64,000 bases of DNA from Macrostomum lignano. Taxonomy: Eukaryota. The notes under the pieces are model-generated. The model had not been told where the DNA came from. It made no database searches and saw nothing but the letters and a program-made list of their open reading frames with translations. Location of the stretch: assembly GCA_002269645.1 (NCBI GenBank), contig NIVC01003894.1, forward strand, positions 7,076 through 71,075, read 5' to 3'. The translations under genes were made by a program, and so were the position numbers. This document shows positions 10,128-22,024 of this stretch, one piece after another (the stretch's first letter is position 1; each line of letters starts with the position of its first letter).

Positions 10128-11983
10128 TCACTTTGCGGCGGCACGGCGTCCCCTGCGCAGCGGCCTCTGGCGCTGCTGCCCGTCGCGGAAGCCCTGCAGC
10201 GTTGGCGGCAGCCCGGCGCCGTCGACAACGCTGCTGCGCGGCTCAAAGACGTCGTCGCCAGCGGCGCAAGACTCCACCTTGACGTCGACAACAACTTCGC
10301 GTCGGGCGCGGCGCTTTGGCGGAGCCGCCGTTGAAGCAGCCGCCGCAGCCAGCGAAGCGGCTGGTGCAGGCGCCCGTTTGGCGGCACCGCGTTTGGCTCG
10401 GCCAGCCGCAGCGCCTCCAGCAGCGGCGCTCGACGGTCGAGGCGGCGTTCGCGTAAGACGCGGACGACTCGAGAACGGGTCCTCGGCCGGCGGCTCCTTG
10501 GCGGCTTTGGCGGCTGAGTTACGCCGCTTAACGGCGGATTTAGCAGCTTGCGGCTTGGCTTCTGGTTGCGGCTCCTGACAAAAAGGAATTCAAGTATTTA
10601 CAGTAGCTCAATAGCCGCAGGTACTTCAAGATCACTAACATTCAATAACCTTCTGACGATAGGTTACCAGGCTGACAATAAAACCGAAAAAAATTGATGC
10701 GATGGAACTGTTCGACAATCTTCTTTGCTCCATAAGGATCGACAAGGCGCTGCTTTCGACATCAAGCCACAAAAATTTTAAAGAAAATCACTTCTAGAAA
10801 TAACTTTGGGCTACGAATAAATCGCGAATTCAAACAAAATAAAAAACGACCAGCAGCACCTGTCTTCTCTGTTTCGGTGGCCCCGGTTTTGACGGCTTCT
10901 GTTCCGGCAGCTCCGGTTTCGGCAGCTCCGGTTTCGGCAGCTCCGGTTTCGGCAGCTCCGGTTTCGGCAGCTCCGGTTTCGGCGGCTCCGGTTTCGGTAG
11001 CTCCGGTTTCGGCAGCTCCGGTTTCGGCGGCTCCGGTTTCGGTAGCTCCGGTTTCGGCAGCTCCGGTTTCGACGGCTCCGGTTTCGACGCCGGCTGCGCA
11101 GCAAACAGCGACGCCTCGGCTGACGGTCCTGACGACGCCGCAGCCGCAGCTGCCGTCTGCTGGCTGCAGGCCGAGGTAAAGTTGAGCGGCCGCAGGGGGC
11201 TGCGGCGGATCAGGTCTCGCTGTGAGAACGGATCCGTGTAGGCCGTGAGCAACACGCTGAGCTGCTCACCGATGGTGGCCACCGAGGCTTCCAGTGGTCG
11301 TTCGTACTCGGACTCGACAGTGGCCAACAGCTTCTGGCTGGCTGTGACCGACCTGCGCCAGGCGGGTAGTGGGGCAGTGGAACTGGTAAAGATGAAGCTG
11401 TATTAGCAAGGGCATGGGAATCTGGGAGGGTGGCGGTGGCCCAGCAACTGAGGTGACCACGAGAGAAGTAGAAGCAAGATAGTTTGCTTTCACAAGCTAC
11501 AAATTTCACATTGTCGAAAAGTCCGGGCTGGTTACTTTCACTAGAGCGGTTGTGAAACGCCTCAAAGGATGAGGAGCAGCGGGTTGCCCACCTGTACAGG
11601 CAGTCCAGAGCGCGCACATTGTGAGAGTGCAGCTCATAGAGGGAGCCGCCGAGCAGCTGCTGCTGCCCCCCGGCGCCCTCCTTCAGCGCAGTCACTTGCT
11701 GCTGGAGCCGCAGGTTCTCCGCCTGCAGCTGGCGAACCTGCTGGTTGAGCTGCGCGATCTCCGCCAGGTGGCAGCCGCGCTCTTGGGCCAGGGCCCGGTT
11801 GTTCTCCCGCAGGCTGCGCACCACGCACTGGCTCAGGCAGCGGGGCGCCCGCCGGCCAACCGCCGCCAAGGCAGTCAGCGCCGACTTGCGCAGCGCCGGG
11901 CGAAGGGCGTGACGACGAGCCTGCGTTTGCTGCGGCGCTGGCGTGGCCTGGGAAGGCGGCTTTGTCATGGAGATCTGGAGCAT
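10128..11983 (-). CDS. Shugoshin-like protein, ~440 aa; exons 11592-11983, 10860-11352, 10128-10574
   Basis: GT-AG introns with matching phases (2 and 0). The N-terminal coiled coil SLRENNRALAQ...QLQAENLRLQQQVTALK aligns without gaps, as I recall it, to human SGO1 NYQDNNKMLVL...QLRKECYYLTCQLYALK. KRRNSAAKAAKEPPAEDPF resembles a shortened SGO motif. The start may be ATG 11983 or 11968. Confidence 0.68.
10905..11088 (-). repeat. Coding 15-bp repeat (PKPEL/PKPEP x~12) in exon 2 of the shugoshin-like gene
   Basis: CGGCAGCTCCGGTTT units on the plus strand. Confidence 0.9.
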
Positions 11984-11997
11984 GGATTCGGGACTGG

Positions 11998-13984
11998 GAA
12001 TGTAGCAGGCTGGTACTGTGAATGCAGCAGGCTGGTACTGTGAATGCAGCAGGCTGGTACTGTGAATGCAGCAGGCTGGTACTGTGAATGCAGCAGGCTG
12101 GTACTGTGAATGCAGCAGGCTGGTACTGTGAATGCAGCAGGCTGGTACTGTGAATGCAGCAGGCTGGTACTGTGAATGTAGCAGGCTGGTACTGTGAATG
12201 CAGCAGGCTGGTACTGTGAATGCAGCAGGCTGGTACTATGAATGCAGCAGGCTGGTACTGTGAATGCAGCAGGCTGGTACTGTGAATGCAGCAGGCTGGT
12301 ACTGTGAATGTAGCAGGCTGGTACTGTGAATGACTATGAATGCAGCAGGCTGGTACTGTGAATGACTATGAATGCAGCAGGCTGGTACTGTGAATGACTA
12401 TGAATGCAGCAGGCTGGTACTGTGAATGACTATGAATGCAGCAGGCTGGTACTGTGAATGACTATGAATGCAGCAGGCTGGTACTGTGAATGCAGCAGGC
12501 TGGTACTGTGAATGCAGCAGGCTGGTACTGTGAATGTAGCAGGTTGGTACTGTGAATGTAGCAGGCTGGTACTGTGAATGACTATGAATGCAGCAGGCTG
12601 GTACTGTGAATGCAGCAGGCTGGTACTGTGAATGCAGCAGGCTGGTACTGTGAATGCAGCAGGCTGGTACTGTGAATGTAGCAGGCTGGTACTGTGAATG
12701 ACTATGAATGCAGCAGGCTGGTACTGTGAATGACTATGAATGCAGCAGGCTGGTACTGTGAATGACTATGAATGCAGCAGGCTGGTACTGTGAATGCAGC
12801 AGGCTGGTACTGTGAATGCAGCAGGCTGGTACTGTGAATGTAGCAGGTTGGTACTGTGAATGTAGCAGGCTGGTACTGTGAATGACTATGAATGCAGCAG
12901 GCTGGTACTCTGAATGCAGCAGGCTGGTACTGTGAATGCAGCAGGCTGGTACTGTGAATGCAGCAGGCTGGTACTGTGAATGTAGCAGGCTGGTACTGTG
13001 AATGACTATGAATGCAGCAGGCTGGTACTGTGAATGACTATGAATGCAGCAGGCTGGTACTGTGAATGACTATGAATGCAGCAGGCTGGTACTGTGAATG
13101 CAGCAGGCTGGTACTGTGAATGCAGCAGGCTGGTACTGTGAATGTAGCAGGTTGGTACTGTGAATGTAGCAGGCTGGTACTGTGAATGTAGCAGGTTGGT
13201 ACTGCGAATGACTATGAATGCAGCAGGCTGGTACTGTGAATGCAGCAGGCTGGTACTGTGAATGTAGCAGGCTGGTACTGTGAATGTAGCAGGCTGGTAC
13301 TGTGAATGCAGCAGGCTGGTACTGTGAATGCAGCAGGCTGGTACTGTGAATGTAGCAGGCTGGTACTGTGAATGTAGCAGGTTGGTACTGCGAATGACTA
13401 TGAATGCAGCAGGCTGGTACTGTGAATGCAGCAGGCTGGTACTGTGAATGCAGCAGGCTGGTACTGTGAATGCAGCAGGCTGGTACTGTGAATGTAGCAG
13501 GCTGGTACTGTGAATGACTATGAATGCAGCAGGCTGGTACTGTGAATGACTATGAATGCAGCAGGCTGGTACTGTGAATGACTATGAATGCAGCAGGCTG
13601 GTACTGTGAATGCAGCAGGCTGGTACTGTGAATGCAGCAGGCTGGTACTGTGAATGTAGCAGGTTGGTACTGTGAATGTAGCAGGCTGGTACTGTGAATG
13701 TAGCAGGTTGGTACTGCGAATGACTATGAATGCAGCAGGCTGGTACTGTGAATGCAGCAGGCTGGTACTGTGAATGTAGCAGGCTGGTACTGTGAATGTA
13801 GCAGGCTGGTACTGTGAATGCAGCAGGCTGGTACTGTGAATGCAGCAGGCTGGTACTGTGAATGTAGCAGGCTGGTACTGTGAATGTAGCAGGTTGGTAC
13901 TGCGAATGACTATGAATGCAGCAGGCTGGTACTGTGAATGCAGCAGGCTGGTACTGTGAATGCAGCAGGCTGGTTCTCTGAATG
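11998..13984. repeat. 22-bp minisatellite GCAGCAGGCTGGTACTGTGAAT with 10-bp GACTATGAAT inserts and higher-order structure
   Basis: About 2 kb of units; the AGGTTGG variant recurs at 304-bp and 512-bp spacings. Confidence 0.97.
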
Positions 13985-13994
13985 TTGAATGTTA

Positions 13995-14432
13995 GACTAA
14001 GGACTGTGAATTCTGCAGACTAAGGACTGTGAATTCTGCAGACTAAGGACTGTGAATTCTGCAGACTAAGGACTGTGAATTCTGCAGACTAAGGACTGTG
14101 AATTCTGCAGACTAAGGACTGTGAATTCTGCAGACTAAGGACTGTGAATTCTGCAGACTAAGGACTGTGAATTCTGCAGACTAAGGACTGTGAATTCTGC
14201 AGACTAAGGACTGTGAATTCTGCAGACTAAGGACTGTGAATTCTGCAGACTAAGGACTGTGAATTCTGCAGACTAAGGACTATGAATGCTGCAGACTGCC
14301 TATGTGAATGCGGCAGACTAAGGACTATGAATGCTGCAGACTGCCTACGTGAATGCGGCATACTGAGGACAGTGAATGCTTCAGATTGGGGACAGTAAAT
14401 GCAGCAGACTGGTCATGTGAATACTACAGACT
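13995..14432. repeat. 23-bp minisatellite GACTAAGGACTGTGAATTCTGCA (~12 clean copies, then degenerate copies)
   Basis: Read directly; shares ACTGTGAAT with the adjacent 22-mer. Confidence 0.95.
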
Positions 14433-15027
14433 GAGAATGGTTTAGCACTTGTCGATGTAATAAATCTTCGGAACTCCTCCTATACTCTTACTAAAGCAGT
14501 TACAAAATAAGCAACGAAGAAAGGCTGAGGCTGTGCAGGACAGCAGCGCTTGGAAAGCAAAACGCAGCGCGGCAAAAAGCATGTTATTAAGGTTTTCGTA
14601 CATTCGCAGGAGTTCTAATTATTCAGACCACAAATTATTTGAACACCAAAGCATATCAGTAGAAAGGCATAACTAGCAGTATTAATAATGTAGGGCCCAT
14701 GTAGTTGGGGTGAATTAGCTGGAATACAAGCCGCAAAGTGAGTGGTACAGGAAAACCGCATAAGTCTTATTATTCAATTAGGCGCAGTTGGTTCACAGCT
14801 GGGCAAAACTGTCAGAGGACTCCAGGGGGATTAACAGAATCGTGAGAGATTGCGGGCAACTCTACAGCCGAGTCCGTTTGCTGCTCCGAGCCTACGAACC
14901 AGCGCTTGCTATTGCGGTAAACAGAAAATCCACTACTGCAGGATATACATTGTACGAAATAAAGAGACGCTACCCGAACTTTCAACTGGTTGAGTTGGTA
15001 ACCATGGTGACAGAGTACAGCAGTTAT

Positions 15028-17686
15028 CTAGTTGTAAGTCATGTACTTGGGCGTGGCGGAGAACTTGGCGTACGCCTTGATCACTTTGTTGACGGCCTCG
15101 AGGAAGTCCTTCTCAGTGGCCATCTTGCGCCTGGCGCGGATGGCGAACATGCCGGCCTCGGTGCACACGGACCGGATCTCTGCACCGGTGCTGTTGGGCG
15201 TCAGCCGGGCCAGCAGCTCATACCGGATGTCCTTCTCCACGGACATGGCGCGCGCGTGGATGCGGAAGATGTTGGTGCGGCCCTCCATGTCCGGCAGGCT
15301 GAACTCCACCTTCCGGTCCAGCCGGCCTGGCCGGACCAGCGCCGGGTCCAGCGTGTCCGGCCGGTTCGTGGCCATCAGCACCTGCGGGGCGGAGGGTCCA
15401 CAGGTACACCTGCTGCAACATTGGGATCAGACTAGGGCTCACCAGTAGTGGGATCAGACTGGGGCTCACCTTGATGCTGCAACATTGGGATCAGACTGGG
15501 GCTCACCTTGATGCTGCAACATTGGGATCAGACTGGGGCTCACCTTGATGCTGCAGCAGTGGGATCAGACTGGGGCTCACCTTAATGCTGCAGCAGTGGG
15601 ATCAGACTGGGGCTCACCTTGATGCTGCAGCAGTGGGATCAGACTGGGGCTCACCTTGATGCTGCAGCAGTGGGATCAGACTGGGGCTCACCTTGATGCT
15701 GCAGCAGTGGGATCAGACTGGGGCTCACCTTGATGCTGCAGCCGTGGGATCAGACTGGGGCTCACCTTGATGCTGCAGCATTGGGATCAGACTGGGGCTC
15801 ACCTTAATGCTGCAGCAGTGGGATCAGACTGGGGCTCACCTTAATGCTGCAGCAGTGGGATCAGACTGGGGCTCACCTTGATGCTGCAGCAGAGGGATCA
15901 GACTGGGGCTCACCTTGATGCTGCAGCCGTGGGATCAGACTGGGGCTCACCTTGATGCTGCAGCAGTGGGATCAGACTGGGGCTCACCTTAATGCTGCAG
16001 CAGTGGGATCAGACTGGGGCTCACCTTGATGCTGCAGCAGTGGGATCAGACTGGGGCTCACCTTGATGCTGCAGCCGTGGGATCAGACTGGGGCTCACCT
16101 TGATGCTGCAGCATTGGGATCAGACTGGGGCTCACCTTAATGCTGCAGCAGTGGGATCAGACTGGGGCTCACCTTAATGCTGCAGCAGTGGGATCAGACT
16201 GGGGCTCACCTTGATGCTGCAGCCGTGGGATCAGACTGGCTCACCTTGATGCTGCAGCAGAGGGATCAGACTGGGGCTCACCTTGATGCTGCAGCAGTGG
16301 GATCAGACTGGCTCACCTTGATGCTGCAGCAGAGGGATCAGACTGGCTCACCTTGATGTTGCCCCTGGGGTCGAAACCGTCCAGCTGGTTGATGAGCTCC
16401 AGCATGGTCCGCTGCACCTCATTGTCGCCACCGGCGCCATCGTCGAAGCGGGTGCCGCCGATGGCGTCGATCTCGTCGAAAAAGACGATGCAGGCCTTCT
16501 TGGAGCGGGCCAGCTCGAACAGCTCGCGCACCATGCGGGCGCCCTCGCCGACGTACTTCTGCACCAGCTCGGAGCCGATGACGCGAATGAAGCAGGCGTC
16601 AGTGCGGTTGGCCACGGCCCTGGCGCAGAGGGTCTTGCCGGTCCCGGGCGGGCCGTACAGCAGAACGCCTTTAGGAGGCTCAATGCCCAGCTGCACGAAG
16701 CTCTCCGGGTGCAGCAGCGGCTTTTCGACGACCTCGCGCAGCTTCTCGATCTGCTCCTTGCAGCCGCCGACGTCAGAGTAGGTCACGTCCGGCTTTTCTT
16801 CCACCTGAGCGGGCAAGGAAACAGACTGGTGAAGCTGGGGCGCACACGGCAAAGCGTAAGTTTTGAGGCCAATCATAAAGAGGCTGGGGCAGCATTGCAT
16901 GCTGAAGAACTGAGGGCTGGGGCAGCAATGCATGCTGAAGAACTGAGGACTGGGCAGCATTGCATGCTGAAGAACTGAGGGCTGGGGCAGCAATGGATGC
17001 TGAAGAACTGGGGCTGGGGCAGCAATGGATGCTGAAGAACTGAGGGCTGGGGCAGCAATGGATGCTGAAGAACTGAGGGCTGGGGCAGCAATGCATGCAG
17101 AAGAACTGAGGGCTGGGGCAGCAATGGATGCTGGACTAAGGGCAGGATACCTAATACTCGAAACGAAGCACATGGGTTCTAATCGCACCTGCATCATGGT
17201 GACGCTGGGATCAATTTTGGGCGGCAGCGGGATGTGGATCTGAAATTTGTTCCGGTCCACGCCGACCCGCATGCCCTCCTCGATGTCGGTGGGGGCGACG
17301 GTGTCAGCCAGGTTGGAGACAAACTTGGCGTACTGCTTCACGTTGATGATGTACTTCGGGTCGTCTGAATCCGCGTTGATGATCTTTGTGCAGCGGGCCA
17401 CCTGCAGCGGGGTCTCGTTCTGCAGGGCGAGCTTGTCCGCTGCCAGGTCCCAGTGGGCGGGCGGCGCCAGGCCCGTGTCGGACTCCTTGATGCCCGTCAG
17501 CTCGATGACTCGCTTCATGATGGCGTCCATGTCCTCCTGGCACTTCTTGGTCTCCTCGCTGTACGGAGCAGCGCCGTAGGTCTTCATCAGGGCGATGTCG
17601 CCCTCGTCCAGGTCCTTGGCGGGCACGGCGGAGGCTTTGTCGTCCTCCTTCACCTTGCGCTGGTCGGCACCGAGGTAGTCGGGCAT
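15028..17686 (-). CDS. PSMC2: 26S proteasome regulatory ATPase subunit 7 (Rpt1), 434 aa; exons 17189-17686, 16352-16804, 15028-15381
   Basis: N-terminus [23 protein letters not shown], Walker A GPPGTGKT, Walker B IVFFDEID, second region of homology [22 protein letters not shown]-terminus [11 protein letters not shown]; two phase-0 GT-AG introns restore the canonical length. Confidence 0.98.
15420..16358. repeat. 37-bp minisatellite filling PSMC2 intron 2; each unit contains CATCAAG|GTGAG, the real donor sequence
   Basis: Minus-strand unit CATCAAGGTGAGCCCCAGTCTGATCCCACTGCTGCAG; about 24 copies plus the real donor at 16352/16351. Confidence 0.97.
16881..17142. repeat. 33-bp minisatellite (~8 copies) in PSMC2 intron 1
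   Basis: AGGGCTGGGGCAGCAATGGATGCTGAAGAACTG units. Confidence 0.93.
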
Positions 17687-20600
17687 GTTGAGACCGCTAA
17701 GAGCTGAGGAGCAGGAGATAAGCGCGAGTTAGAGAAAGTTGTGCATTGGGGATCTGACAAAACAAGAAAGATTATTGTGTCTCATTTAAATCTGGATAAG
17801 ATTTAGTTGTGCATATTGACTCACTGGCTATGTGAAACAGTCACTACATATAAAAAAGTCATTGCATATAAGTTTAAAACAAGCCACTAGCCAATTATGC
17901 TATAAATTTCTAGTGTAAAATAAAAACTTATGATTTCTTGGGTTGCTGGGAATTCCCGGTGCTGGGAGAGGGTGAGGAGACCAGTTCAAGCTTTGGTGCC
18001 GCTAGAGATTCAGTCTTAAGTCATTTTTTTGTTCGCTGTTCAGCTCGTTTTTTGCATTTGGCTTTGCTACTGAATTTTCAACTTTTGTTGTTATATTGAT
18101 AATCTGTTTGGTTGATTTGGTTTATTATGTTAAATTGCATTGTTTTTTTTCTGCGTTTGCGTTTGGCATTTTTTGAGTTTTTGCAATTCTCATCATTTTT
18201 TTCAGTAATTGGGTTTCATTTTCCATCCCGTTTCGAATTGACATATTATAGTAAAGTCCAATTAGTTTATCCGCTTCTTTCCTAGAGAATTGTTTGTTTT
18301 GGTTATTGTTAAATTTATTTAATTTCACTCAATATATCTCATTTCAATTGAGTTCACCATAGTTACACCAAATATACGAGTATTTTCAAAATTGGTGTTA
18401 ATATTCGAAGGTTAATTTCTGAGAAAAATGCTTCCCATTTTTGGGGGAGTGTCACATTCTTTGGTGCATGCATGCTAGTGGAGTGGTTAACTCTATTTTC
18501 GATTTTTTATTATTAGCCTATAACCACCCCTCTCCATCAGTCTTTTCCTATGTATGCACTTGTGAGGGCGGCAACGTACTTGTAGACTGCCCAGCTAGAC
18601 AGCAAATATATATCAGCCAGGAGGCCACTGGCCTGAGCACCTTGCGCTTTCTTAATTGTTATTTTTACAACATGTGCCTGGGCACATTTAGCCTAAAAGC
18701 CTTGGTTGGTAAGTCACACATTTAAAACCATACTAGTTTACATTGGCCATGCAACTTAATTTTAAAAATACTTCTTTACTCCAATAGCCAGTTGCAACAC
18801 TCAAATGTTTTATTTCTTTTTCCCCATGCATTGGTCATGCATATTGAGAACTTTTTTAATATAAATAGAATCAATTGTACTTGCAAAATTGAAAAAATGT
18901 CCTAGAATAAATTTATTATGATCAAGACTATAAGCCAAAAATGGTAGAATACAAATTGTGGCTAAAATGAGATTATAAATGAAATTAAATATTTTTAGAC
19001 TAGTGCCCAAAGTTAAGATAAATATTATACTTTTCAAATGACAATCTTTCTTAGACAAAAAGACTTACTTAAATAAGAACTCTAGACAAAATATCTTATA
19101 CTCCACTTTAGAATATTTGTCTGAAATTGTTTCTGAAATCTACTGCATACCCAAAAAGAACTCATTTTTAGCATATTGGATTCCATTAGTATTAAAGTTA
19201 ATTAAACCATATACCTTTTCACTTTCAGTTTTGAAATACCAGCAACCAACTTTAATAGGTTTGGAATCTGATTCTGCCCCTTTTTGGCTGTGGCAGCTTT
19301 GGTTTTCAACCAGTTTCAACAAACTACAATACAAATTTAATAGTTTGCATGTACTTCCAACATACAGTGAATCAGTTCTAACAGCTGCCAACCTATTCCA
19401 TTAAGTACAATTTTGTAAAGCATCTTTTTCAGCCAATTGTAACAAATTATAATGGAGGTCTCATATTTACTTTGGTTTAAAAAAAGATGCTAGATTTCAT
19501 TGAAGAAACCATTAAAACAAACTTAAGTGTGACTTTAGCTGAGTTGAAAACTAGATTATATACTCAATGGGCTATATGCAGAAAGCTTAGTCTAGACTAG
19601 CTAGTCCAGACTTGGGTAGTTCAGTCTATGGTCTATGGTCTAGCTACCCTAGTTCTGTATATAGTAGACTAGTCTAACTTTGTGTTTTTGCATACCAAAT
19701 CCAAGTCCAAACTAGCTTTTCAAGACTGGACTACCCTAGACAGAGCTTTCTGCATATGGCCTAATATCTTGACAAGTATGAGGTCTCCATTGCAACAATT
19801 GGTTAGTACCTTGAAAGGCTATTGTATATAACAAAGCTTATAAAAAGTTGTTAATAGAGAGAAATTCATTGGCAAATCTGGAATAGCATTGTGCCTATTA
19901 TGAGTAGTGGTGTAGTCCTACAATAATCATAGTTCAAAGATCCATATAGACAAGTTTGGCTTCAATTGTTAGACACAACACATGTAAAGACACATTTTTT
20001 AAGGCCAAAGGGTATATAGACTTATTACAAGTTTAAACTGTCTTTATTCATTGGTTTTTCTACATTGTATCTCTATGGGTTGGATTAATACACATCTAAA
20101 TTTATTATTAGCATGACAAGAGTGTTTTGGTGAATTTTTCAATATCTTTCTTAGCTAGAGCCTAACAATATCCAATCTGCATTTTTGAATTGTTAGCATT
20201 TATTATTATCTTTTCTATGATAATATGAGTAATTATAGTGATAGTAAAGACCAAGAAGTTGCTAGAGTTGTTTAAATGTTTCAGTCTATCTTAGTCTATT
20301 CTTGATATTAGTTAAGAATACAATTTCTACCTAGAAAGCTATTATCAAAGTCAAGCTTATAGGAAACATGGATATTTGTCATATTCCTAAACTATACCAA
20401 CAACATTGACTAGACAAAATAAGGCTATCTATTGGTAAGACCTTCTAGAAGCTATTACAAATAACACAGAATTAAATGTTATGATGCCTAACAATATATG
20501 GTAGCTCGTATAGCCACTGTTTGACCTATATATATATTACAATTGAATTGCAGTTATATCAAGTAATGACTAATACTTATAAATCATGGCTATAGCTTAT

Positions 20601-20732
20601 AACTATCTAATCATATTGTGTTTATTTTAATACTATTATATTTTTTAATAGGTTTAATTGATTTTTTCAATTTACTTATGATTGTATTGGCCTGTTTATA
20701 TAAATATTACTTATGAGCCCTTTGTATACTAT

Positions 20733-21011
20733 CATACATGCGCAACCTCCAAAATTTGGTCAGCCGTGCAACTTAGTTTTAACAAAAATGCGACATAGTT
20801 TGAGCATGTAAAAAAACTGTAAAGCAAAATAATGCAGCATAGGGTAAACGGAAGGAGTAACTATGACTCTCTTATTAAGCCAAAATGCCTCATCAGCTAC
20901 TTAGTACTACTACTTGGGTGTTTTTTGGGTGGGCATTTTTGCAACTTCCTTGGTTGGTCACCAAATTGGTCGGCCAGATCGGCTGACTTGGCCGACTGTT
21001 GCGCATGTATG
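20733..21011. mobile_element. MITE family A, copy 2
   Basis: Same 14-bp TIR as 7598-7895; TSD TATACTAT at 20725-20732 and 21012-21019; colinear with copy 1 apart from a short internal deletion. Confidence 0.9.
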
Positions 21012-22024
21012 TATACTATTTTAGTTTTAGAGGATGATAAGCATTTAAATACAAAAATTGTCTTAAAATGATTGTGTTCTAGAACTTATATATATTTGTA
21101 TGTGTACTTAAAAGGAAATTAAACCAAATTGCAATAAAAATGCTAAGCACAGCCAGCAACCCCAGACAGCATCATCAGCAGCAGCCTTATTTATAATGTT
21201 TCACTCAAGAGAATATCACAACTAAAAGTGCTAGTGAAGTGAGCACTAGTTTAGTGTTAGGTGCCCCACTTTTGTCAGCAGTTCCCTGCGCCCTTTGAGC
21301 TGTTGACTGCCGCTGGTCGCAGCTCTCCCTCTCCCTTCCCTTTTTTCCTCTCCTGCAGAAAGGAAATGAACTAGAAAATGGGGACAAATGCCCTTTGGCC
21401 CCATTTGTCCTTTTGGCTGCCTGCATTTCTTCTCTTGCCCCCTTTTCTGGTTCCTCCGCCTTCCTAGTGTCTGAGCTTCTCTACTCAGCCTGCTCTTGGT
21501 TCATTGTCTATCTGGCCTCTCTCCCCTTTTCTTGTGTGGCTGCATTTGTTTAGTTTGAGTTCAGTGTTCAGGCTGTACTCTCCTTCTGGCTTGTACGATA
21601 GCAGATCACATGCCCTTAGGTGCTCTGTCCTTTTCTTGTGCTGCCTTGTGCAATCTTGGGTGTCAGTCTCTAAATTAGAAACAGTGTCCTTGCCTCCCCG
21701 GCAAGGCTCCGCGCTTGTTTCTAAAAATAGAACTGAATCATGCCAGGTTGGGGAGGTGCAGTGAGAGCGGCCTTGCGTACTCTGGTGCAATGGGGGATTG
21801 CACTGTATGGTGAAATTAATCTGCTATCCTATAAGTACGGGCCTCTTGTGTCTCAGTTCTAGCAACCTTGGTTCTGTTCTGACCCTTCCTCTCACCTCTC
21901 TCTTGACTCCCCTTTATTTTATAAGTCTGGACTAAGCATTGTCCTAACTTATAAGACTTGCGCATCTCATGCTAGCCTTTGCAAACTCCATTATAACTTT
22001 GGATCCATATTGACTGTGTGACTG

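Noticed and set aside
10811-11179. (RNRSC)n and (APVSA)n ORFs
   Set aside because: Alternative-frame and antisense shadows of the PKPEL repeat; only the PKPEL frame fits the splice phases.
11998-16358. Regular repeats as CRISPR arrays
   Set aside because: Units are head-to-tail with no unique spacers, there are no cas genes, and the context is eukaryotic and intronic.
14788-17707. Plus-strand ORFs over PSMC2
   Set aside because: Antisense shadows of a GC-rich conserved CDS.
17948-17957. Perfect GGGAATTCCC (NF-kB-like) palindrome upstream of PSMC2
   Set aside because: A single 10-mer with no supporting context.
21150-21950. Higher-GC block as a gene or retroelement fragment
   Set aside because: Short ORFs on both strands with no motifs, no splice logic and no terminal repeats that I could identify.
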